DNA of 39,901 bases from positions 1 through 39,901 of IMG/VR virus record IMGVR_UViG_3300049472_000084; one strand, given 5' to 3'. Below the pieces are notes generated by a model. It saw only the letters and a list, made by a program, of their open reading frames with translations, had not been told where the DNA came from and searched no databases. Positions 16,398-25,322 of the stretch are shown piece after piece. The position numbers and the translations under genes were made by a program. This DNA is from a virus. Taxonomy: Duplodnaviria > Caudoviricetes. How positions within the stretch are numbered: the first letter of the stretch is position 1; every line of letters begins with the position of its first letter.

Positions 16398-17420
16398 TCA
16401 ATCAGTCCCGCCTACGGCCGATGCCGCGCCTCGATCCTTCGCCCAATCTTTAAGAGATTCTTGGGGCGGTAGTCGGTCGTCATCACCGTCGGCGAGATCG
16501 TCGAAGGACTTGGGGATCGCGACCGCGTCGCAGACGCAGTTCGGATGCGATGCGCTCGGCGGATAATCCTCGGGCTTCTTCAGAATGGCCCCGTGTAGGC
16601 CCTGGCATATTTCGCAGGCTCCGGGATGGGCGGTCCAGACGACCTTCTCGATGACGTCAGCGTTCTCGTCGTAGAGCTGATGGGCCGCGATCTCCTGCGC
16701 TCGGGCGAGTTCGGTTCGGGCGATCATCTCCGAGCGCCAGTAGGCGCGCTGGCCCTGCGTCCCCATCTCGTCCATGATCCGCTTCGATGCCTGACGCCAG
16801 TTCTCCCCGGCCATCATGGAGCGCGTCAATTCCTGCTGGATCGTGTGCGCCATGTCGTCGGTGATGAGGCCGAGGCGATCCGAGAAGCGCGCGCCCTGGA
16901 AGGGCTTGTTCATCAGCGCCAGAATCTCGCGGTCGGGGAGGATGTCGAACTTGATCGCGACCGACTCCGGCGTCAGCTTGTCGAGGCGGAAGGCGTTGTC
17001 AACGTAGGAGGCGCGGTACGAGCGCAGGACGTTCTTATCGAAGACGCTCTTGAAGTTCCCGCCGAGGGTCTTGATGCGATCCTTGATCTGGTCGAAGAGG
17101 GCCTTGTCGCGGCCCGCGCGGCGCATCGTGGCGAGGTCCCATTCCTCGGTATCGAGCTTTCCGAACGTCTTCGCGAGATCGGACTCAAGGTCTTCTGCGG
17201 TCGCCTTGAAGAGCTTGAGGAGCTGGCTGGACTGGCGCTTCTCCAGATCGGTCAGGCGCGCTTGGCCGGTGCGGTAGAGCTTCCAGAAGGTCTCGCGCTG
17301 GCGCGGGTCGAGCCCCTTGAGCTGGGCCTCGATCTCCTTCGGATCGTGGACGCGGTAGGGGTCGGACTCGCCGAGCCGCCTACAGATTCCGGCCCTGGGC
17401 CTTGATCTTGCGCTTATCAT
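16398..17420 (-). CDS. Minor head protein (MuF / SPP1 gp7-like); start uncertain
   Basis: IARTE..RA...C..C..LHG...PP..HPNC.C motifs; follows the portal. Confidence 0.85.
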   Translation of the reverse strand: MISARSRPRAGICRRLGESDPYRVHDPKEIEAQLKGLDPRQRETFWKLYRTGQARLTDLEKRQSSQLLKLFKATAEDLESDLAKTFGKLDTEEWDLATMRRAGRDKALFDQIKDRIKTLGGNFKSVFDKNVLRSYRASYVDNAFRLDKLTPESVAIKFDILPDREILALMNKPFQGARFSDRLGLITDDMAHTIQQELTRSMMAGENWRQASKRIMDEMGTQGQRAYWRSEMIARTELARAQEIAAHQLYDENADVIEKVVWTAHPGACEICQGLHGAILKKPEDYPPSASHPNCVCDAVAIPKSFDDLADGDDDRLPPQESLKDWAKDRGAASAVGGTD

Positions 17421-19251
17421 CGGAGCCGAGGCCAGAGGTCGAGGACTTCCCGCCCTCATCGTCGTCGGTCTCTCCGGGCTCGGGAGTCGGCGCGGTCCTG
17501 CGGAAGAGGTCGTTGATCCCCGCCTGTTCCTCGCGCGCGCGGTCTTCCATCTCGGCCTCGAAATTGTATCCCTCGATCCCCAGCTCCTTCGCGACCATCG
17601 TCGCGGCGCGGGTCTTCGAGATGTACCCGCTCATCTCCGAGAGTTCGATGTCCTTGATCTTGGACGAACGGTCCTCGATGGCGATCTCGGGGAACTGGAA
17701 CTCGATCTCCGTGTCCAGCGGCTCGCCGGTCTCCGGATCGATCGCCGGTAGGCGTCCGGAAGCGATCTCGTTCTCCGCCCAATCCTTCGCGAGGCTCTTC
17801 AGGAACCGGCCGAGGAGGAGCTGGCGGCTCATGAACTTCTTCGCGCCGGGCTCGGAGGCGACGATCGCTCCGGCGCGCGATCCGTTGTCGGAGAATCCCA
17901 GGTACTCCTTCGGGATACCGAGACCGACCGCGATCATGTTCACGATCCCAGGAGCGTCGTCGAGTCCCGCGCCCTTCATCTGCGGGGCCATGGGCTCCAG
18001 AGTCGCGGCCTCGTTCTCGACGTGGACCGATCCGAAGTCGGGCTGTTGCGTCCCGAATTGGTTGATGAAGGCGGCGACGTCGGCCTCGGTCCCCTTCAGC
18101 TTCATCTTCCAGGAGAAGGTCCCTTGGATGATCGCGCGCAGGACGACTCCGGTCTGGAAATCCTTGTACCGCTTCAGCCATCCCAGGATCGAGAAGAGGT
18201 CCGAGCGCCCGCGCTTCTCGTTCGGCGAGCAATTGATCTTGACGTGGTACATCTCGCTCGCCGGGATTTGGTTGATGACGTACCGCTCCGTCCCGAACTT
18301 CGACGGGTCGAACTGCGACCGCTGGGAGCCGGTCCCGTAGAGGACCTGATACTGAGTCGGAAACTGCTGATGGTAGTAGAACACCTTCTCGATGTCTTCG
18401 AGATCGGTGACGATCTCCCAAATCGTCGAGGGGTCGATCCACCGGAGGAACATCTCTTTCGTGATCGGGTTGAAGTAGCGGCGGACCATCAGCTCGCCGT
18501 CGCGGGAGAGCATATCCGACCAGGACTCCAGCCGCCCGCCGAGGAGATCGATCCGCTTGGCCCAGGCGTCGAAGCGCTCTTGGACGAGCGGGCTGTTCGC
18601 CTTGGCGGTGACGCCGCGACCGAGGACGAAGCTCGTCGTGATCTTCACGCCCTGATGCGCGAGGGGGTTGTGGTTCCACGCCTCGAACGCCTTGCGGCTC
18701 ATGTCCAGGAAGTCGAAGAGATAGAGCTGGCGGGAGAAAGGCCCGCCCATGATCGGCAAGTATTCGTTGAACGGATTCGCCGCGTTCCCCGTCGTGTCGC
18801 TGAGGTCGAGGTCGAAGCTCTCTCGGAACTTCCGGCTCTTCGACATCTCGCGGAGTTCGCGCTTCTCGACGGCGGTGAAGCTCGACTCGGCGCGGAGCCT
18901 GATCCCGTTCTCGGCGAGGACCCTCATGCGCTTCGCTCCGCGCTCTCCGAGTTCCAGGGCCTCGCGGAACTTCTCGGCGCTCTTCACCGTGCGGACGCGA
19001 ACCGCTCCGAACGGGTTGACCTCGACGATGCGCGCCTCTTCGATCTTCGGGCGCTTCGCCGCGTCGTCGCTCTTCAGCGCCTCGAAGAATCTCCTGACCG
19101 GATTCTCGACCGACCTCGGCGCGAACTCGTCGTCGGGAGAATAGGCCGAGAGCGTCTTCTCGATGACGGCTGACGGGTCTTGACTGATGCGGCCCGCCTG
19201 GGGGCGGAACCTGGGTCCGGGCTTTTCGCTGGGCTTGTCGGCTCGGGGCAC
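17380..19251 (-). CDS. Portal protein with N-terminal extension
   Basis: NPLA...V.....FVLG.G; DGEL; RGRSDL; IAVGLGIPKEYLG; FQFPEI motifs. Confidence 0.85.
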   Translation of the reverse strand: MPRADKPSEKPGPRFRPQAGRISQDPSAVIEKTLSAYSPDDEFAPRSVENPVRRFFEALKSDDAAKRPKIEEARIVEVNPFGAVRVRTVKSAEKFREALELGERGAKRMRVLAENGIRLRAESSFTAVEKRELREMSKSRKFRESFDLDLSDTTGNAANPFNEYLPIMGGPFSRQLYLFDFLDMSRKAFEAWNHNPLAHQGVKITTSFVLGRGVTAKANSPLVQERFDAWAKRIDLLGGRLESWSDMLSRDGELMVRRYFNPITKEMFLRWIDPSTIWEIVTDLEDIEKVFYYHQQFPTQYQVLYGTGSQRSQFDPSKFGTERYVINQIPASEMYHVKINCSPNEKRGRSDLFSILGWLKRYKDFQTGVVLRAIIQGTFSWKMKLKGTEADVAAFINQFGTQQPDFGSVHVENEAATLEPMAPQMKGAGLDDAPGIVNMIAVGLGIPKEYLGFSDNGSRAGAIVASEPGAKKFMSRQLLLGRFLKSLAKDWAENEIASGRLPAIDPETGEPLDTEIEFQFPEIAIEDRSSKIKDIELSEMSGYISKTRAATMVAKELGIEGYNFEAEMEDRAREEQAGINDLFRRTAPTPEPGETDDDEGGKSSTSGLGSDDKRKIKAQGRNL

Positions 19252-19407
19252 TCAGCTCTCCCGCTCGTAGCGGATTGTCTTCCCGTCCCGGCGTCGGCGC
19301 TCCAGGTCTCGGGCTCGCTTGGACTTCTGTGCGCGGCGCTCGGCGTTCTCGACTTGGCGCTCGATATTCTCCACGGCTTCGCGCCCCAGCATGGTCCCGA
19401 TCCTCAC
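19252..19407 (-). CDS. Small basic protein (51 aa), first gene of the portal operon
   Basis: GTG 7 nt downstream of a -10 box; stop abuts the portal GTG. Confidence 0.55.
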   Translation of the reverse strand: MRIGTMLGREAVENIERQVENAERRAQKSKRARDLERRRRDGKTIRYERES

Positions 19408-19414
19408 GGGCTGA

Positions 19415-19443
19415 ATCTTACCACGCCGCCGCAGAACTGTCAA
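19415..19443 (-). promoter_or_regulatory. Sigma70 promoter of the portal operon (probably leaderless)
   Basis: TTGACA-17 nt-TAAGAT with extended TGn. Confidence 0.75.
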
Positions 19444-19660
19444 GCGGGTCAGAGCCGGATTTTTTAGCGCCTGGTCCGACCCCTTGACAGATCAGGATTC
19501 GGCCGGTTGGGACCTGAAGCGGTTGGGGCTGAGGCCGGGGCGGACGTAGGTCCTGGGTCCGAACAACCGGGCGAAGAAGGCGAGCATGGTCCAGATCATA
19601 GCCTGGTCCTGGCCCAAAGGTCAAGAACTGGCCGACCGCCGACCGCCCTCCGTTGTCTGT

Positions 19661-19742
19661 TGGTTTGGTAGGGTTCGGTTCGGTACGGTAGCCGCCAGTC
19701 TACCAAGATTTACGGCGGTAGACTGGCGGTAAACTGGCGGTA
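19661..19742. repeat. Stand-alone origin-like iteron block (copy of the rep-internal origin)
   Basis: Six NGGTW pentamers, 11-bp ACTGGCGGTAR repeats, and a perfect 13-bp inverted repeat (19692-19704 / 19717-19729); aligns with 29792-29872. Confidence 0.75.
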
Positions 19743-19866
19743 GGCGTAGGACCAGGCCCTAGGCCCTGCCGCGCGGCTTGCCTTATAGTGAGCGTCGATT
19801 CGGCTCGATTCCTGGGTCTTGAATTAGGCCCTAGGACCTATGGACCCGTCAATAGTAGGTCTCCTG

Positions 19867-19899
19867 GGTCTTGACGGATATCGACACTGGTGCTATACT
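19867..19899 (+). promoter_or_regulatory. Repeated 33-bp leaderless promoter, copy 1
   Basis: GGTCTTGACGGATATCGACACTGGTGCTATACT, then 6 nt, then ATG 19906. Confidence 0.85.
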
Positions 19900-19905
19900 A
19901 ATAGC

Positions 19906-20127
19906 ATGAAGATCGAGATGACGGATCGCGAGGCTCAGGTCCTTTCCGGGTTCGTTCGGGCGCGGCTCCTGGAGATGCGCTCGGAGGCGATGGCCTATCA
20001 AGCCGCGCTGAAGAACGGGATGAACACGACCGAAGAGATCGCCGACCTCCGCCGCCTGATCGAGATGAAGAAGGGCCACGCTTACGCCCTTCGCCGGATC
20101 GTCGCGAAATTGGATGGAACCAAGTGA
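19906..20127 (+). CDS. Hypothetical protein (73 aa), opposite strand
   Basis: Leaderless ATG after promoter copy 1; MKIEMTDREAQVL helical protein. Confidence 0.75.
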   Translation: MKIEMTDREAQVLSGFVRARLLEMRSEAMAYQAALKNGMNTTEEIADLRRLIEMKKGHAYALRRIVAKLDGTK

Positions 20128-20387
20128 AGATCACCCCGCGAAAGAAGCCGCCGTTCTTCTGTCGGGCGAAGCGCCCCGACGGATCGTTCGTCCACGTCGA
20201 TCGGCCGCTGAAGGATGGGGAGGGGAAGCTCTGCGCCCCGTGCCAGAAGGAGGCGGACTCCGCTCAGGACCGATTCTTCAACACGCCGATCAAGCCCGCG
20301 CCGAACCGCGAGGAGCTGGAGCGCCCTTCCGGTCGGAATGGGCCGATGTGGCCGCTCAACGATGACGGCTCGATCTGCTCGCCCTAG
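20124..20387 (+). CDS. Hypothetical protein with Cys/His residues
   Basis: GTGA overlap; C..H..CAPC; stop overlaps the TerL stop. Confidence 0.6.
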   Translation: MKITPRKKPPFFCRAKRPDGSFVHVDRPLKDGEGKLCAPCQKEADSAQDRFFNTPIKPAPNREELERPSGRNGPMWPLNDDGSICSP

Positions 20388-22042
20388 AAAGGCGAGCGCC
20401 CGTACCGCCCGCCGAACCCGCGAGGTCTTCCTCTGACCGCTGACCCGGTCTTCGAGATCAAGACGCTTTGCGGGAGGTTCGGGGACTCGACCCTCAGGTT
20501 GTAGGCCACGCCCGCCGCCGCGTCCGCGACGTCCTTTGATCCCTTGGGAGGGTGATCGACCTTCGCGCCCTTGATGAGTTCGAGGGTCTTCAGCTCGCGC
20601 TTGATGGTCTTGCTCGGGCCGAACCGACAGCGCCCCTCGTTGATTGCTTCGTGGAGCGTGTCGTGAGCGGCGAGGTCGCGATCGACGGAGAGCTGTTCGC
20701 ACTCGATCCCCTTGGCCGTGAGGAGCTGGATCGAATCGACGGACTGGAAGCCGTCATAAGTCACCTTGAAGAACCGGAAGCCCCGAGCGCGCAGGGCCAG
20801 GATCGCCTCGCGCACGGCGGCGAACCTGATCTCCTGGCCGGGGGTCGGGACGATCCTCCAGAGGAAGTCGAAGACGATCTCGTTCCCCTCCCGGTGTCCG
20901 ATCGCCACTCCGCAAGCGTCCCGGCTCTTGGCGAGGTCGATGTGCGCGGCGCAGGGGACGCCCGGGTTCTTCAGCTCGTTCGGGATAGGCCCGCCCTCCT
21001 CGGAGACCAGGAGTCGAGAGTCCTCGCAAGCGTCGATCAGGAGGGGATCGACGTAGTACGGCTCCAGCACCGCGCAAGCGACCGCCATGAAGTCGCGCTT
21101 GAACTTGGTCGCGTTCTTCCGCGCGACCGAGACCATCGACTCGGGGATCAGGTAGGTCTCGCCCGTGGCCGGGTCCTTGTGCCCGTCCCAGGGGACCATC
21201 TTCTCGTCGGAGTAGTCGAAGGGGCGGCTCTCCCAAATCGCCCGGCGACGCCTGAAGACGTCCGGGTCGCGCATCTTGACCTCGGTGAAGTCCTCCTCGT
21301 AGCGGGGGGAGCTGATTCCGACGAGCTTCCAGCGCCATCCTACTCTCTCCCCACCTTTCTCGAACGGGCTCTCCCACGCCGCTCGCTTCATGCGCGACCG
21401 CATCCGGCGCTCCATGGCGAGATAGATTTCCTCGGCCAGAGGGCGGTTCTGCGTGTCGGTGAAGAAGCTCATCTCGTCCAGGATGCCCGTGACGATGTTG
21501 TATCCGATGGGCTTGGACTCCCGGCTGTTTCCCGGGATGATCGCGACGTTGTTCGGGAAGACAAGGCGCGAGGCGATCTTCGGGTCAGGCTTGAAGTGGC
21601 GCTGGAACCACGGGGACCGGTCGATCATCCCCTTCGTCACGCCGAAGACCACGTCGCGCGCCTGGTCGCCGCTGACGCTCATGTTCATCAGGGCGAGCAT
21701 GGACCCGTGGCTGAAGCCCATCTTCTTCTGAGGGTCGCGCAGACACCCCAAGAGATGCGCGTCGTATGCCAGGATCAGCCCGGCGAGGTACGACTTCCCC
21801 GATCCGATCGCCTCGCAGAAGACGCCCTCGTTGTAGCCCGACTCCTGGAACGCGATGAAATCCTCGGCCACGCTCGGGAAGATCGCGGGGCGACCGTCCA
21901 CGATCTGAGCCCCGTCCATGAACTCGGACGAGAAGACAAAATCTTTAGGGCTGACCGGGACGTGGCGGAACTCCGTCCCCTTCGTCATGCGACGTTCGTA
22001 TTCGTCGGAGGCGAGTAATGCGTTCGACAATGAATCGTTCAA
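20384..22042 (-). CDS. terL: Terminase large subunit
   Basis: Walker A AIGSGKS; Walker B GILDE; nuclease HIDLA...DHPPKGSKDVADA; TTG at 22042 with GGAGGAGGAG RBS. Confidence 0.92.
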   Translation of the reverse strand: MNDSLSNALLASDEYERRMTKGTEFRHVPVSPKDFVFSSEFMDGAQIVDGRPAIFPSVAEDFIAFQESGYNEGVFCEAIGSGKSYLAGLILAYDAHLLGCLRDPQKKMGFSHGSMLALMNMSVSGDQARDVVFGVTKGMIDRSPWFQRHFKPDPKIASRLVFPNNVAIIPGNSRESKPIGYNIVTGILDEMSFFTDTQNRPLAEEIYLAMERRMRSRMKRAAWESPFEKGGERVGWRWKLVGISSPRYEEDFTEVKMRDPDVFRRRRAIWESRPFDYSDEKMVPWDGHKDPATGETYLIPESMVSVARKNATKFKRDFMAVACAVLEPYYVDPLLIDACEDSRLLVSEEGGPIPNELKNPGVPCAAHIDLAKSRDACGVAIGHREGNEIVFDFLWRIVPTPGQEIRFAAVREAILALRARGFRFFKVTYDGFQSVDSIQLLTAKGIECEQLSVDRDLAAHDTLHEAINEGRCRFGPSKTIKRELKTLELIKGAKVDHPPKGSKDVADAAAGVAYNLRVESPNLPQSVLISKTGSAVRGRPRGFGGRYGRSPF

Positions 22043-22502
22043 TCTGCTCCTCCTCCATCCCTTCCAGGCCCTCGGGGATCGACCCAGGCGATCCTCCTCC
22101 ACCTGACCCCGCGTTCACGATGTCGCGCTCGATGTCGGCCCAGCGCGCCGCGTCCATCGCGCTCGGCTTCCAACCCCTCGCCCGGAACTTCCCGGTCTCC
22201 GGATCGACCGCGTCGTTGACCCTCCGGACGAACATCCCCTGGACGGCGCGCGCGATCTTGAGCTGGCGGGCCTTGACCTCGGCGATGTCGTTCTCGACCT
22301 TGGCGCTGACCTTGTCGGCGATGGCGCGTTCCTTCTCGACGATCCGATCTTGCCATCCGAAGACCTTGGACCACCCCAGCACGGCCCTCTCGGAAACCCC
22401 GAACTTCTCCTGAACTGCGGCCAGCGTCCGGGAAGGACCCAATGCCAGGTAATAGTCGAAAGCCTCCCGGTGTCGAAGGGTCTCTTGCCTGGGAGCGGCC
22501 AT
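21945..22502 (-). CDS. terS: Terminase small subunit (HTH)
   Basis: AF.YY..LG..RTL..V......WS...W..R motif directly upstream of TerL. Confidence 0.8.
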   Translation of the reverse strand: MAAPRQETLRHREAFDYYLALGPSRTLAAVQEKFGVSERAVLGWSKVFGWQDRIVEKERAIADKVSAKVENDIAEVKARQLKIARAVQGMFVRRVNDAVDPETGKFRARGWKPSAMDAARWADIERDIVNAGSGGGGSPGSIPEGLEGMEEEQIERFIVERITRLRRIRTSHDEGDGVPPRPGQP

Positions 22503-22503
22503 C

Positions 22504-22620
22504 CTAGACCCCCCGATTCGCGTTCCTGATCGCGCAGACCCCGCCGATGATGATGATGACCCACCCCACGATCCCGACCGCCCAATATCCGACCTTGACG
22601 ATCTGCTCGATCTTGTTCAT
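22504..22620 (-). CDS. Single-TM peptide (38 aa)
   Basis: MNKIEQIVKVGYWAVGIVGWVIIIIGGVCAIRNANRGV; ATGA overlap. Confidence 0.55.
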   Translation of the reverse strand: MNKIEQIVKVGYWAVGIVGWVIIIIGGVCAIRNANRGV

Positions 22621-22865
22621 GGCTCGACGTAGAGGACTTCTCGGGGCTCCAGGAAGGACAGCTTCTTCGCCTTCCAGGGCTTCACGCGGAGGCTCTTGAC
22701 CATGGCCTCGGTGTCGGACAGGAGGAGGGAATAGACGATCGGGCAGACGTAGACGACGGGGACTCCGTACATCCCGGAGACGAGGACCCCGTGCTTCTCT
22801 CCCCGCATCCAGGACGCCGATACGAACCTGATCGCGTCATAGGTCTCAGGGATCGACGACGTCAC
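22617..22865 (-). CDS. Hypothetical protein
   Basis: GTG at 22865 with GGGAG RBS. Confidence 0.5.
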   Translation of the reverse strand: MTSSIPETYDAIRFVSASWMRGEKHGVLVSGMYGVPVVYVCPIVYSLLLSDTEAMVKSLRVKPWKAKKLSFLEPREVLYVEP

Positions 22866-23157
22866 TCGCGGCTCCCGGGACTCCACCGAATACGAGCTTT
22901 TGAGCGCGCGCCCAAATGCTCTTCCTGAAGGACGGCGGGACTCCGGTCTCCTGGCATTGGGCGAAGAAGGCGTCATCGCGGATCAGGATGATCTCCAGCC
23001 TGTCGTGGGGCTTGGCTTCGTGGTAGCAGACGACGACCTTCCCATGGGTGAAGGGGACGTTGTGCCCGGATATGACGCAGTTCTCGCCCTGGAAAACGAT
23101 CTGAGACAGTTCGGAATCGCCTCTGCTCACATCCCCCAGCAAGACCTTCCCGCTCAA
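22846..23157 (-). CDS. Hypothetical protein
   Basis: TTGA overlap; in-operon. Confidence 0.55.
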   Translation of the reverse strand: MSGKVLLGDVSRGDSELSQIVFQGENCVISGHNVPFTHGKVVVCYHEAKPHDRLEIILIRDDAFFAQCQETGVPPSFRKSIWARAQKLVFGGVPGAASDVVDP

Positions 23158-23819
23158 TCGGTTCCCCCAATGCGGTCGGCTTCGAGCCCCTGGATCATAC
23201 GCCTCTTCGCGTCCTCCACGGCCTGAGCCCTTTTCCTGGCCCGCTCCAGCTTGCGGCGCTTGGGCCTAGGATGTACCGGTCGCGACACAAGTGTATCACG
23301 GGAGACGCTGTTCTTCAAGCCTTGCCCTCCATATCCTGACGATCCCATTCCCGCTCGATCGGGCTCTGGTACTTCCTGCGGCGCTCGCTCTTGGGGATGC
23401 GAGAGAACGGGACGCGGTCGATATTGTCGAACCCGACGAGTTGCCTCCATAGCCAGTCTTTCAGGCGCGGGTCCTTCACCGCCGAAGACCGAGATCGAAG
23501 ATCGGCTTCGAGGTCGGATGGATCGTCCCGCCGAAAATCCTCGAATAGCTCTTTGCGACCCGACAGCACATGGGCCGAGACTTTCGCCCGTCCGGATAGA
23601 GGACGTACCAATTCCCGATCCCGAAGAACTTCTTAGCCGAGATGATGAAGCTCATCGTCTTCTCCTGCCCTTGGCCCGGCTGGCTCGGATCGCGGCGTCG
23701 ATGGCTTGGCGCAAAGACGCCTTCGTCGTCCAGTGGAATATCCAAGACTTCCCGGGTGGGTTCTTGAACCCCTGGCTTTTATCCAGCCAGTCCAGCCGCA
23801 TCTTGTCGGTGATCTTCAA
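23154..23819 (-). CDS. Run of four small coupled hypothetical ORFs (23154-23318, 23315-23479, 23476-23655, 23652-23819)
   Basis: Each start overlaps the previous stop (NTGA). The last has the phage-typical TD..RLDWL...LRQAIDAA motif. Confidence 0.6.
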
Positions 23820-24268
23820 TGGCCCTCCCCCTGCTCGTTGCGTATCTGCTCCGAAGGCGTGTCCCCCGCGCATCCACCGTGACAGACACCCTTCCGGCAA
23901 GCCTCGCCGCAGACGGACCCGCTGTGACAAACGCACGGCTTCTCCTCGGGCTGAACGGGGGAGATGGCTGGCGCGGAAGCGGCGCGGGCCTCTGCCTGCT
24001 CAAGACGGCACCACAGGCACGATCCGAAGTGTGTAGTCCAGTAGCGATTGTGGCCGCAATCGGAAACGCCCGACTCGGCGCGAACCGGGACAGCGGCCTG
24101 ATGCTCCATCTCCTCCCTCCCTCGGGCGTAGCCGGTGGCGTCGGCGGAACGGAGAGCGGCGGCGATGACGCCTTCGTCGGCCCCGCAATGCCCGTCGGTG
24201 CAATCGCAACTAGCGTCGGCGGAAACCTTCGCGGCCTGCTCGTCCCATCTGTCCTTTGGCGTGGTCAT
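23816..24268 (-). CDS. Cys-rich hypothetical protein
   Basis: Several Cys pairs; ATGA overlap. Confidence 0.55.
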   Translation of the reverse strand: MTTPKDRWDEQAAKVSADASCDCTDGHCGADEGVIAAALRSADATGYARGREEMEHQAAVPVRAESGVSDCGHNRYWTTHFGSCLWCRLEQAEARAASAPAISPVQPEEKPCVCHSGSVCGEACRKGVCHGGCAGDTPSEQIRNEQGEGH

Positions 24269-24835
24269 GGCTTCCTCTCCCCCTCTTGGCCGGGGAGGGG
24301 CCGGGTGGAAAGGCGATAGTCCCTCCCGCTAACCCAGGCCGCCACATCACCGAATTTAACAGAGAGCCAGGCGAAGGGAACGCTTGCGATCATGCGAATT
24401 AGATTAACTGACATTTTTGAGCCTCCATGGTCTTGATTAAGCACTCGTCCGTCTGGTTAGGAGCGCGAGTCTGGACGATGACGGACGCCGTTCTGATGGC
24501 ATCCTCCCATCCCTCCCTCCTGGCCTCGGCTTTGACGCGGAGGTCGCGGGACTTCAAGTATTCGGCAAGGTCCCGCTGGAGGATCGGGGAGTAGTTGGGC
24601 GACAGGTGTAGCCGCGTGACGATTATCTCGGCTTCTTCCTCGTAGTCGGGCTGGCTCATGGGGCCTCCTGGCTCTTGTGCCTCAGTCGCGGCCCCTTATA
24701 CTCGGGGTGGAAAATACCCATGAAGGCGTCCAGCTTCATCTGCTCGTCATTCGGCCTCGTATTGAGTAGGCAGATAGCCGCCCTGGTTCGGTCCATGATC
24801 CTCTGCTCAAAGGCGCTCAGTTTCTTTTTCCTCAC
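24265..24835 (-). CDS. Three small hypothetical ORFs (24265-24414, 24399-24659, 24656-24835)
   Basis: Overlapping or coupled starts and stops. Confidence 0.5.
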
Positions 24836-24836
24836 A

Positions 24837-25322
24837 CTATTTCTCCTCCCCCGCGTCCTGGGCGGCGGGGGCGCACTTGTTACATGGGTACTCTTTGCCC
24901 TGCCCGGTTCTGGGGTTGTAGTCCAGGCGCTTACCGTCCACGCATCCAAGCTCCCCGCACGTCGTCTCAGTGGCCGGGGCCGCCGTCGCCATCTTGCGCC
25001 ACGCCTCGGCTAGTTCCGGGTCAGTGGCCGGGGCCTCCGGGGATGGCGGGAGGGCGTTATAGATCGCGGTCAATTCGGAGTACCGCTCGTCGCTCATACC
25101 TGAGCGCCATCCGTTCTTATAATCAGACTCCTTGACGTACTGACGTAGGCACGCGCCCAACGCCTCCCGCGCCTTCTCCAGCGCGGCGATCTGAGCCTCC
25201 AGCATCTTCCCGAGGCGGACCTCGTTCCGCTTGGACTCCGCCAGATCAGACTCGGCCTTCGCCAGCGCCCCCGTCAAAGTCGCGCAGTTCTCACAACCGT
25301 CGGGCTGTTCGTCGAAGCTCAT
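24837..25322 (-). CDS. Hypothetical coiled-coil protein with terminal Cys motifs
   Basis: CENC at the N-terminus; C..C.DG...PC..C at the C-terminus. Confidence 0.6.
   Translation of the reverse strand: MSFDEQPDGCENCATLTGALAKAESDLAESKRNEVRLGKMLEAQIAALEKAREALGACLRQYVKESDYKNGWRSGMSDERYSELTAIYNALPPSPEAPATDPELAEAWRKMATAAPATETTCGELGCVDGKRLDYNPRTGQGKEYPCNKCAPAAQDAGEEK

Noticed and set aside
19484-19512. Plus-strand TTGACA as a promoter
   Set aside because: No -10 element at 16-19 nt spacing.
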